Of a DNA stretch of 64,000 bases, positions 1 through 8,220 are shown in pieces (position 1 is the first letter of the stretch; the number at the start of each line of letters is the position of its first letter). The position numbers and the translations under genes were made by a program. A model generated the notes under the pieces. It was not told the origin of the DNA. It did no database searches and worked only from the letters and a program-made list of their open reading frames with translations. Source of the stretch: Candidatus Yanofskybacteria bacterium (GTDB lineage Bacteria; Patescibacteriota; Minisyncoccia; 2-02-FULL-40-12; IGHO2-01-FULL-4-A); the NCBI GenBank assembly GCA_016185545.1, contig JACPNJ010000001.1, forward strand, positions 22,565-86,564, in the 5' to 3' direction.

Positions 1-1
1 G

Positions 2-361
2 ATTTTACCGTGCTATATTTTCAGCGGCTGTGACGAAGTTACGGCAAGCCGATACGCAACCGTGGCCGGTGTTCCCATATCTCTCGCCGGCGCCACTTTT
101 TATCTTTCAATTCTTATCGCGGCCATTTTTTATTTGGATACTAAAAACGCGAAAGCGCTGAAGATTTTGAAATTTTTGCCGGCCGTCGGATTTCTTGCGT
201 CCTTGTGGCTTCTTTTTCTCCAGTTTTTTATCATCAAGGCAATTTGTTTTTACTGTATTCTTTCCCTGGTTTCCTCAACAATGCTTTTTATTCTCGGATT
301 GTACCTCTTTGTCTTATTAAAAAAAGACCGCAAGCGTGAATGGGACGGTAAGATCGTGTAA
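2..361 (+). CDS. VKOR-family (vitamin K epoxide reductase-like) membrane protein, 5'-partial at window edge
   Basis: Frame is open to position 2. Hydrophobic TM segments with a CFYC (CXXC) motif in the last TM, as in the VKOR redox site; upstream 'CYIFSGC' could be the loop cysteines. Confidence 0.4.
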   Translation: MLPCYIFSGCDEVTASRYATVAGVPISLAGATFYLSILIAAIFYLDTKNAKALKILKFLPAVGFLASLWLLFLQFFIIKAICFYCILSLVSSTMLFILGLYLFVLLKKDRKREWDGKIV

Positions 362-381
362 TTTTAATATCGTTTCAGATT

Positions 382-1185
382 TTGACAAAACAGACCAGAT
401 GCTATATTATTGTATTATTAAAATCTAGCTCATTAAAAAAGGAGATCCAAATGTGGGGTTATGTTATCGTTGCCGTAATTATAGGTATTTTTTTGTTGAT
501 CATGTATGATTCGCATATGCATCCGATTTGTCCTATTGGCTTATTCCGTTTTAATAGCCGCCGGCTAAGTTTTTTTAACAACAAAGCAGTTTGTTTAGTG
601 CACGGTCCTTTTATTGTAAACAAACGTTCGAAATGTAAGGATCTAAAAACAGAAAAACAAAGAGAGCTGATAGTAGATTCAGAATCAATTATTTATATAA
701 AAAAAGTCTCAGAGAATCAGATTCGGTTTCATTATTTTATTTTGCCCCGTGATAAAACGACGAATTCAACTTTTCCTATTACAATAGGTGTTTTTGAATA
801 TGCGGAAATTTTTAATGTATTGAAAAACCTACCTTTTCCCAGACCGCTTACGCATGATTTCTTTAAAAATATGCTTACCGATCACCAGATAACGGTTTCT
901 AAAGTCGTTATCACTAAAATAGTTGATGGAATATACTATACTGATGTTTATAGCGAGCAGGGCGGGGATAAAGTAATAACCGATGCCAGACCCAGTAATG
1001 CGATTGCATTAGCGCTTCGCTTCGGCTCCCCAATTTTTATAGAAGACGCTTTGCTTACGGAAATTCTAGCCGACGAAAATGCTATGCAAATGATTGACTT
1101 TATTGAAAAAAACAAGCCGTCGATACTGGAATTGCAAAAACTTGGCGATTCTCAAAATGACCTTCAAGATGACCCCGGAGATTAA
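382..1185 (+). CDS. bifunctional nuclease (BFN/DUF151) domain protein with N-terminal TM segment; start uncertain (451 possible)
   Basis: 'ITDARPSNAIALALRFGSPIFIEDALL' matches the conserved DaRPSDAIaLAlr..PIyV core of PF02577; an acidic UVR-like tail follows. Confidence 0.55.
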   Translation: MTKQTRCYIIVLLKSSSLKKEIQMWGYVIVAVIIGIFLLIMYDSHMHPICPIGLFRFNSRRLSFFNNKAVCLVHGPFIVNKRSKCKDLKTEKQRELIVDSESIIYIKKVSENQIRFHYFILPRDKTTNSTFPITIGVFEYAEIFNVLKNLPFPRPLTHDFFKNMLTDHQITVSKVVITKIVDGIYYTDVYSEQGGDKVITDARPSNAIALALRFGSPIFIEDALLTEILADENAMQMIDFIEKNKPSILELQKLGDSQNDLQDDPGD

Positions 1186-1226
1186 GCGGCCAAAACGGCA
1201 AAATTAAAAACCTGCTTTCGCAGGTT

Positions 1227-3239
1227 TTATTGTTCCCTGAATTCCGGTTTTCGTTTTTCAAGAAATGCCCTTATGCCCTCTTCCGCGTCGCGAGTTTTAA
1301 ATACTTCCAGAATCGCATTTCTCTCGTCAGCCAGTCCCTCATCAAGATTTTTCCGATTGCCATTTATTATAGCCTGCCATGCGAATGCGAAAGATTTTGG
1401 AGTGGTGTAACCCGCCATTTTCCAATCAAGCTGTATTTTTTTCATTTCTTTACGGGCTTTCAATTTGTTACGAAGGCCTTCTTTTAGAGGCATTTTTTTT
1501 GCCTGCCTTCCGGATTCAAATTTATAACTGATGAACCTGTTTAATTGTTCAAAAATTGGCTTCAAAAATTCCGGTTCCATTTGATCTTCCGATAAAATTA
1601 AATCAGCCAGTGGTTTACATGCTTCTCGGGGATTTCCTGAGAGTATAAGATTGGCCGCCAAAGATTTGCCGGCTCGGCGGGGAAGCCGCTGTGTGCCGCC
1701 GGCGCCAGGCATAATTCCCAAAGTTACTTCCGGCAAGCCGACCATACTTCCTTTTTCGGCGACTATCCAGTCGCAGGCTAATGCCAACTCGTAGCCGCCG
1801 CCCAAAGCCCGTTTGCGTATCAAGGCAATCACCGGAGCCGGGAAATCTTCAATCGTTTTCAGCAAATCATTGAATTCGCCGACTGCTTTTTGCGCCTGTT
1901 CAATGCTTTGCAAGCACAGGGGGAATTCCTTGATATTGGCGCCGTTGACCGGCCCGTTAGCTCCGATAAATACCATCTTGATATTTTCTTGGCTTTCCAT
2001 TGATTCAAATGTCTCACGCAGTTTTCTTACAATTGATGACGACAAAAGATTGCCCTTGCCGTCGCCGAAAATAATTTGCCAGTAGCCGTCGCCGAGGTTG
2101 TTTAGTTTTACTTTGGGGCCGTGCTTGTAAAAACCTTCTCCTGTTTTCATCCCAAACTTCTTTTCGACAACCATTTTTTCAAGCAATAGCGGAATGAAGT
2201 GATGTTTTTCCGATTCTTGTTGTTGAAGCGATTTTAAGGCGTCCAAACTTACGTCATTGCCTACCAAATCGCAAAACATAACCGGTCCCATCCTGAATTT
2301 TAGCCGGTCTTTTTGTTCGTCCAATTTTTCTGCCGGTAAAGACAAAAGCCAATCAAGTTCTGATGCTTTTATTGGCCAATTCAAGCCGAATTTAAAGGCC
2401 TTATCAATCGTTTCCAGAGAGCAATCAGTTTCTTTCATAAGATTGGAAATGGATTTAGCCATAGCTTTCATAATCACCAAGGCGGGCGGGTATTTGTACC
2501 ATTCACCTCCCAAAAAAGACCCGTCTATTTTTTCTTTGATTGCGCCATTGTCCAGAACCTCAAAAGTGGCGGCGACCATTGGTAGAGCTACGCGATTGAC
2601 GATGAAACCGGGAATGTCAGGTGCTATCACGTAGGTTTTACCAAGTGCGGCGGCTAAATAAGTCGCCCAGGCCACGGTTTCACTGTTTGTACGTTTGGAA
2701 AAGATCAGCTCAACCAATTGCATTCGCGGCACCGGATTGAAAAAATGCATCCCCAGAAATTTTCCGGGATTTTTAACAGCCTGCGCCAGACTTTCAATCC
2801 TGATTGTTGAGGTGTTGGAGGCAATGGGAATGTCCGGGCCGACTTTTTCGGTAATCGTCCGATAAAGTTCCTTTTTCGCTTCGGGATTTTCAAAAATCGC
2901 TTCAATGACAAAATCGGCAAAGGCCAAAGATTCAAGATTGCTTGAATCCAAAAATTGAACGCGGTTTAAAATATTGTCAACCGCTTCCCTGGATTGGTAA
3001 ATTCGTTTACCGTCTAATCCTTTTGCCAAAAAGAGCGCAAGCCACAATTTAGTTTTATAATCCTCAACTATCTCACGATATATAAGTTCAAATGGTTGGC
3101 TATTAAATCTTTTTTTTCTGGCCATTTCACTGAAAACGTCATAAAGCTGGACCTCAAAGCCACTTTGCAGTGCAGTTTGCGCGATACCCAAGCCCATTGT
3201 TCCGGCGCCGAAAATGGCGATTCTTTGAATTTTTTCCAT
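1227..3239 (-). CDS. fused 3-hydroxyacyl-CoA dehydrogenase (N-terminal) / enoyl-CoA hydratase (C-terminal)
   Basis: N-terminal Rossmann 'IAIFGAGTMGLGIA' and HAD core. C-terminal crotonase motif 'ALGGGYELALACDWIVA...GLPEVTLGIMPGAGGTQRL'. RBS GGGAGAG lies 6 nt upstream of the ATG at 3239. Confidence 0.8.
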   Translation of the reverse strand: MEKIQRIAIFGAGTMGLGIAQTALQSGFEVQLYDVFSEMARKKRFNSQPFELIYREIVEDYKTKLWLALFLAKGLDGKRIYQSREAVDNILNRVQFLDSSNLESLAFADFVIEAIFENPEAKKELYRTITEKVGPDIPIASNTSTIRIESLAQAVKNPGKFLGMHFFNPVPRMQLVELIFSKRTNSETVAWATYLAAALGKTYVIAPDIPGFIVNRVALPMVAATFEVLDNGAIKEKIDGSFLGGEWYKYPPALVIMKAMAKSISNLMKETDCSLETIDKAFKFGLNWPIKASELDWLLSLPAEKLDEQKDRLKFRMGPVMFCDLVGNDVSLDALKSLQQQESEKHHFIPLLLEKMVVEKKFGMKTGEGFYKHGPKVKLNNLGDGYWQIIFGDGKGNLLSSSIVRKLRETFESMESQENIKMVFIGANGPVNGANIKEFPLCLQSIEQAQKAVGEFNDLLKTIEDFPAPVIALIRKRALGGGYELALACDWIVAEKGSMVGLPEVTLGIMPGAGGTQRLPRRAGKSLAANLILSGNPREACKPLADLILSEDQMEPEFLKPIFEQLNRFISYKFESGRQAKKMPLKEGLRNKLKARKEMKKIQLDWKMAGYTTPKSFAFAWQAIINGNRKNLDEGLADERNAILEVFKTRDAEEGIRAFLEKRKPEFREQ

Positions 3240-3364
3240 GGTTCTCTCCCGATTATTTTTTAAAGTTCTGTATTATTATATTATGTATTAATCCAAGGAT
3301 AAATTACTCCTAACCGCAAATTTTGTAAAGCACACCCGCTGCTTGTATTGTATGATATCGTGCT

Positions 3365-3410
3365 GTACGACATCGCAAGTCGTGCAATTGCACGACTTGC
3401 GATGTCGTAC
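3365..3410. promoter_or_regulatory. 46-bp perfect palindrome (GTACGACATCGCAAGTCGTGCAATTGCACGACTTGCGATGTCGTAC), putative operator upstream of the HAD-ECH gene
   Basis: Exact reverse-complement symmetry read directly from the sequence. Flanked by further GCTGTACGAC / GTCGTACAGC arms (3358-3425). No T-run follows, so it does not look like a simple terminator. Confidence 0.45.
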
Positions 3411-3510
3411 ATGTCGTACAGCGTGTCGTGCAGGTTGCAAACTTATGCTCAATAGATGTGGTGGTGAAGTTAGTTTTGTAATAAAAAATCAGGATAAAAT
3501 CCTGATTGAT

Positions 3511-4260
3511 TTAATGTGTTTTGCGTTCGAAAAAGAGAGCGGAAATACCCGTTTGCTTTTCGGTGTAGCCGAAAAATAGACCATGCAGTCGCGTGTAAAT
3601 CCTTACCAAAACCCAAGTACGGGGGTCTACCATGACCCAGATATAAACTGGGCCAAGTAATACCAAAGCAAGCAAATTCCAGAATCCCCAGAAATTTTGG
3701 TAGGTTGGGATAGTAGTATCAACAATGGGTTTCAGTCCCAGCACTTCCAATCCGGAATTCCACATAAAGTGATTTCCACCCCATGCCTCGGGATGGCCCA
3801 AGAATGGCGCTAGGAAAGAAAAATTTAAATAGTCGTAGTACAGCGAGTCAGAAATTGCAAAAAATATTCCGAAAGCCGTGGCATAAAGTGTAAAACGTAC
3901 TGTTTGCCATCTCCATGGCCTTCCCCCAAGCAAAGCTAAAGGTGCGAAAATGGTATAAAGCAAAATACCCACGAGTGAAAAAATTATATTTTCTGTCAGC
4001 CATCCCGTGAAAAAAAGCGCGGTGCCGGCAATTGTCGGAAACCATGCAGTAACCCTGTAGCTTTTTATGTACCCAGTAAGCGCTTCAACCAAAAGACCGA
4101 CAAGCGGCAAGAAAATAAGGAAATCTAGGATGAAACTCCGGCAAGTGCCAGGAGTATATGTTTGAGTTAATTTTTGCATTACGTTCCGGGTTACAGGATA
4201 TCGCTTGGCGGCGAGAACGATACTGATACTGCCAAGAATTAGCAAAAGTAATGTTGTCAT
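3511..4260 (-). CDS. polytopic integral membrane protein (hypothetical)
   Basis: Multiple hydrophobic helices. Start chosen at 4260, where the ATG overlaps the TGA stop of the upstream epimerase gene (ATGA). Confidence 0.45.
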   Translation of the reverse strand: MTTLLLLILGSISIVLAAKRYPVTRNVMQKLTQTYTPGTCRSFILDFLIFLPLVGLLVEALTGYIKSYRVTAWFPTIAGTALFFTGWLTENIIFSLVGILLYTIFAPLALLGGRPWRWQTVRFTLYATAFGIFFAISDSLYYDYLNFSFLAPFLGHPEAWGGNHFMWNSGLEVLGLKPIVDTTIPTYQNFWGFWNLLALVLLGPVYIWVMVDPRTWVLVRIYTRLHGLFFGYTEKQTGISALFFERKTH

Positions 4261-5300
4261 ATTAATTTCTCCTTTCTCATCCATTCAAGAGTTTCGCGCA
4301 GTCCGCCGTCTTTAATCGGGTCATCGTATATGAAATCAAATCTCAAATCGCGGATGGATTTGGAACTGACCAAGAAATCATACCCCTTTTCAAAATATCC
4401 AAGAAAATCTCGCTGAACCAGCGGCGGATGATTGTATTTGCGCGCGATTTGCTCCGACCGCCAAGCAAAAAATCTCATAAGCCAAAGCGGATAGCTGACA
4501 GGGAAAAGGTCAATCCTGACTCCGAGCCGTTCAAATTCTTTTTTAAGATATTTCATAAGTTCTTTTGTGGTGTAAGAAAAATTACCGCCAAGATTGTAAC
4601 TTTTACCGATTGTATCCGTTCGTTTGGCCAGAAAAAGCGCTGCCCGGCAAACATCTGTTACGTGTACCAAACTTATGCGGTTTTTGCCGTTGCCCGGAAA
4701 ACCGGGCAGCTGATTCTTTGCCATCATATCAATTACGACCATTGCCCCGTAATTACCACCCGGTCCGTAAATTGCCATTGGAAAAATTTCAGTTATAGGA
4801 AGGTCTTTATATTCTTGGCAAATAAGGTGCTGGAGGAATTTAGATTCTTCATAGGCGATTCTTGGAAGCATCGGAGCGTTTTCCGTGAGCGATGTCCCGG
4901 GTGTGACATTTTTGAAGCTATCGCCATAAACAGATGCCGAAATCCAAGCCACGATATGTCGCACATTCGGATTGTGATTTCGAGTTGCTTTCAAGCAGTT
5001 TTCCATAATAGTGGCGTTAATTTTGAGGATGGTCTGACGGGGAATATCATATCTGAAAATAGAAGCGACAAACATTCCAATGTCTGGTTTGTATTTATTC
5101 ATCATGTGTTTCGTGTCTAGTAAGTTTGCCAAGTCGCAAGGGTAACATTCTACACCATCTGGTAGTAGTTTTGGCTTGGCATTGGGGTGGTCAGTCGCGA
5201 TGACCTTAAAGCCGTTATCTACAAGAAGACGCACCATATGCGGTCCCACAAATCCATAAGCGCCGGTTACCAAAGCGGTGGGTTTTTTTGTTTCTGGCAT
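4257..5300 (-). CDS. NAD-dependent epimerase/dehydratase (extended SDR)
   Basis: N-terminal 'ALVTGAYGFVGPHMVRLL' GxxGxxG Rossmann motif and SDR-like length. RBS GAGGAAA upstream of the ATG. Confidence 0.75.
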   Translation of the reverse strand: MPETKKPTALVTGAYGFVGPHMVRLLVDNGFKVIATDHPNAKPKLLPDGVECYPCDLANLLDTKHMMNKYKPDIGMFVASIFRYDIPRQTILKINATIMENCLKATRNHNPNVRHIVAWISASVYGDSFKNVTPGTSLTENAPMLPRIAYEESKFLQHLICQEYKDLPITEIFPMAIYGPGGNYGAMVVIDMMAKNQLPGFPGNGKNRISLVHVTDVCRAALFLAKRTDTIGKSYNLGGNFSYTTKELMKYLKKEFERLGVRIDLFPVSYPLWLMRFFAWRSEQIARKYNHPPLVQRDFLGYFEKGYDFLVSSKSIRDLRFDFIYDDPIKDGGLRETLEWMRKEKLI

Positions 5301-5418
5301 ATCATTTCCTCGTTTTTAATGAACCAATGGTTACCCAGATTCTTTATTATTGTTGACATTTTGTCAAATTGAAATAGACTGCGATTAGAATTTATGATCT
5401 TTAAAAATGAGGAATATT

Positions 5419-6921
5419 ATGGTTGGGAATAAAATCATTGTCATTAATCCTGCAAATTCAGAGACGGTGGAAGAGTTGCCGGTTCATAATGCGTCGGACT
5501 TGGATGTTTTGGCGCAAGATGCCAGGACAGCCCAAAAAAAATGGAAAACCGTACCTTTTTCTGAACGGCTGGAACTTTTTAAAAATCTGAAACATTTTAT
5601 TCAGCATAACTATCAGGAATTTGTTACGACAATCCAACCGGAAACTGGCAAAACTTGTCCCGATACGATGGTGGATGTAATTTCCATGGTTGCCCAGATT
5701 CATAATATTGAAAAAAATGGCATCGGCCGTGTTTTGGAATTTCAAAAGCCAATCAAGTCCCATCCCTTTTTACGCAACAAAATAACGACTGTGCCACGCA
5801 GACCCAAAGGGGTAGTGGGTGTAATCTCGCCGTGGAATCTGCCGCTGGCAATTCCAGCGGCGGATATATTTCCGGCGATATTTCGCGGTAATGCGGTAAT
5901 ATGGAAACCTTCAGAGTTCACACCACTTTCGGCGCTAAAACTTAAGGATGCGATGAATAAGGTTGGATTCCCCGGCAATCTGCTGCAAGTCGCTATCGGT
6001 TACGGAGAGACCGGCGCGGCACTTTGCGAGACCGTTGACTGCGTTGCTTTTACCGGTTCGTGCGCGACTGGAGAAAAAGTAAAAGCAATCTGTGATAGGC
6101 GTCACATTTCGCATCATCTTGAAATGGGCGGGAAAGCTCCAGCCATTGTTCTTGCCGATGCCGACATTGACCGCGCTGTTTACGGTTTGCTCTATGGCGC
6201 GTTCAGCAATAACGGCCATTATTGCAAGGCGTTTGAAATCGCGCTGGTTCATTTAAGCATTTTTGATGAAGTGGTTGACCGGCTTTTGCATCTTGTCAAT
6301 AATTTGGTACCCGGCAAAGATTACGGACCCATCATTACCAAACCGCAACTTGAAATCATAAAAAATCAGGTAGAACAAGCCAGAAATCTCCATGCTTATG
6401 TTGCAACCGGCGGGCTAGAGATTGGCGAGGCACGTGGCTATTGGTATAAGCCGACAGTCCTTCTTTACACTACCGAAGATATGGATGTCGTACGAAAAGA
6501 AACTTTTGGTCCGGTGTTGCCGATTATTCCGTTTGATAAGGAAGAGGAGGCAATTCGTATCGCCACAATGTCGCACCTTGGGTTGAATGCCTCAATTTTC
6601 ACGAGAAACGAGAAAAAGTTTTATGAACTTGCCAATGGCATTCTTGCTGATCATATTGGCAATATTGTCGGTAATGACGTTATGATTAACTGGTTTATCA
6701 CCGAAGCGCCGCAGTGCGGCAGAAAATACAGTGTTGCTCCAGTTTGCGGGCTTGAACGCCATGGGCGTTCCGGTGATGAACGCTTTGATACCCCTAATAC
6801 CATTATCTGGCACAAACATTCGTTTTTCCATCTCCCGTTTTTCAAAAATAAGGAACCGTGGTGGCTGCCATATGGTGGTTTAACGAATTTAACGTTGAAA
6901 ACTTTTCTTTGGGGGTTTTGA
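5419..6921 (+). CDS. aldehyde dehydrogenase family protein
   Basis: ALDH-family hallmarks: 'ISPWNLP', 'EMGGKAP' (catalytic Glu region) and 'FSNNGHYCKA' (catalytic Cys region). GAGGAA RBS before the ATG at 5419. Confidence 0.8.
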   Translation: MVGNKIIVINPANSETVEELPVHNASDLDVLAQDARTAQKKWKTVPFSERLELFKNLKHFIQHNYQEFVTTIQPETGKTCPDTMVDVISMVAQIHNIEKNGIGRVLEFQKPIKSHPFLRNKITTVPRRPKGVVGVISPWNLPLAIPAADIFPAIFRGNAVIWKPSEFTPLSALKLKDAMNKVGFPGNLLQVAIGYGETGAALCETVDCVAFTGSCATGEKVKAICDRRHISHHLEMGGKAPAIVLADADIDRAVYGLLYGAFSNNGHYCKAFEIALVHLSIFDEVVDRLLHLVNNLVPGKDYGPIITKPQLEIIKNQVEQARNLHAYVATGGLEIGEARGYWYKPTVLLYTTEDMDVVRKETFGPVLPIIPFDKEEEAIRIATMSHLGLNASIFTRNEKKFYELANGILADHIGNIVGNDVMINWFITEAPQCGRKYSVAPVCGLERHGRSGDERFDTPNTIIWHKHSFFHLPFFKNKEPWWLPYGGLTNLTLKTFLWGF

Positions 6922-6964
6922 CCTGCTAGCAATAAAATAAAAGACCTCAATAATTTGAGGCTTT

Positions 6965-8056
6965 TTAAATTTCTTGAAGAATTTGGCGGATACGCTTAAT
7001 TGACGGCACCGGGTCGTGGTAATAATCTTCAACGACAACCAGCAGATCTTCACGGCAATTATTTTTTAGGAGTTTGAGGATTTCTTTGAAGTTCAAGATG
7101 CCGGAGCCGATGGGTTTATGGTCTTGAAGTACGGTATCTTGCCGTTTTGAACCATAACTGATAGATGCCACGGGAATGACATCATGGATGTGAACCTCGA
7201 TCATTCTCGGTCCGTATCTTTCAATAAATTTATGAAAACACCTCTTATCATTCAGCCAGCTTCGTATAGCCAGATGGCCGGTATCCAATACAATACTAAC
7301 CTCGGTTTCTTTGAGCAATGGTCTGACGATTTGCTCAAATTTATCAAGATCTTGGTGTTCCAAGTTCTCTATGCCTATTTTAGAAAGTGGCACGAAAGAT
7401 CCAATTTCTTTGAGTGATTTTAACACATTTTCAACAGCAATGCCTTCGGTAATTATATCTCTTATAAAATCTACACTGAGCCGCACAATTTGTCGTCCGG
7501 CCATCCTTATTAATTTTCCAGTAAAGTTACGACTGAAGTGAGATGATAGCTCTTTGTCCAACATTGGATCCAAAGTGTGAAAATCCAAATAATTAAAAAA
7601 ACTGCCGCTTAACAGGTGGAGAGGATACGAAACCGGATTAAGGCATTGAAAAGCTTCAACCATTTCTCTGATAGATTCTACGCTAGCTTGGCGAATTATT
7701 TCTACCGGCGAATCGGGATGCGTGCCCAAGAATTGCATAACGTGCAGCGAATAAGTAAAACCGGACTTTTTGAATTGATCCAAAGTTTTTAACTGATTTA
7801 TCCACCATGTAAAAACCTCGGGGCTTAATTCCATTAAATCCGGCGAGAGCTCTATATGTTCCGCTCCGGCCATTCTTAATTTATTCAACTGGTCAGCAAG
7901 TCTTGTATTTTTACGCCATTTTTCCGCGAAAGAAAGAACCCCAAGAATAAACTTGTCTTTTCGGTTTAACTTTGAAAAAAGCTGGCTTTTTGAAGGAATA
8001 TCAGCCAGGATTGCCGGGACAAGCTCCAACATATTCAAAATTGACCCTATACGCAT
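6965..8056 (-). CDS. sugar-phosphate isomerase/epimerase-like (xylose-isomerase-like TIM barrel) protein
   Basis: Weak family-level resemblance (His/Asp/Glu-rich barrel strands, 'IEVHIHD'). Start at 8056 is supported by a GAGGAAA RBS. Confidence 0.4.
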   Translation of the reverse strand: MRIGSILNMLELVPAILADIPSKSQLFSKLNRKDKFILGVLSFAEKWRKNTRLADQLNKLRMAGAEHIELSPDLMELSPEVFTWWINQLKTLDQFKKSGFTYSLHVMQFLGTHPDSPVEIIRQASVESIREMVEAFQCLNPVSYPLHLLSGSFFNYLDFHTLDPMLDKELSSHFSRNFTGKLIRMAGRQIVRLSVDFIRDIITEGIAVENVLKSLKEIGSFVPLSKIGIENLEHQDLDKFEQIVRPLLKETEVSIVLDTGHLAIRSWLNDKRCFHKFIERYGPRMIEVHIHDVIPVASISYGSKRQDTVLQDHKPIGSGILNFKEILKLLKNNCREDLLVVVEDYYHDPVPSIKRIRQILQEI

Positions 8057-8220
8057 TGGTTTCCTCGGTATTTTTGTAAAAGTTCTTTGCAAAAATCATA
8101 TACCCAAGAGATTTATTTATCAACACAATACAAGATGATTTTGAAACCATTTTGCTGGACTTTTATTTTTGGATTGTTATAATTTCATTACATTTAGTTT
8201 TTTTACAAATTGGAGGCAAA

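Noticed and set aside
1230-2634. ORFs 1230..1487(+), 1813..2085(+), 2257..2634(+) inside the HAD-ECH gene
   Set aside because: Antisense or overlapping ORFs within a well-supported 670-aa gene. No RBS and no recognisable domains.
4428-5120. 230-aa ORF on plus strand opposite the epimerase gene
   Set aside because: Fully overlaps a gene with a clear Rossmann-fold signature on the other strand. Low-complexity, Cys/Arg-rich translation typical of antisense frames.
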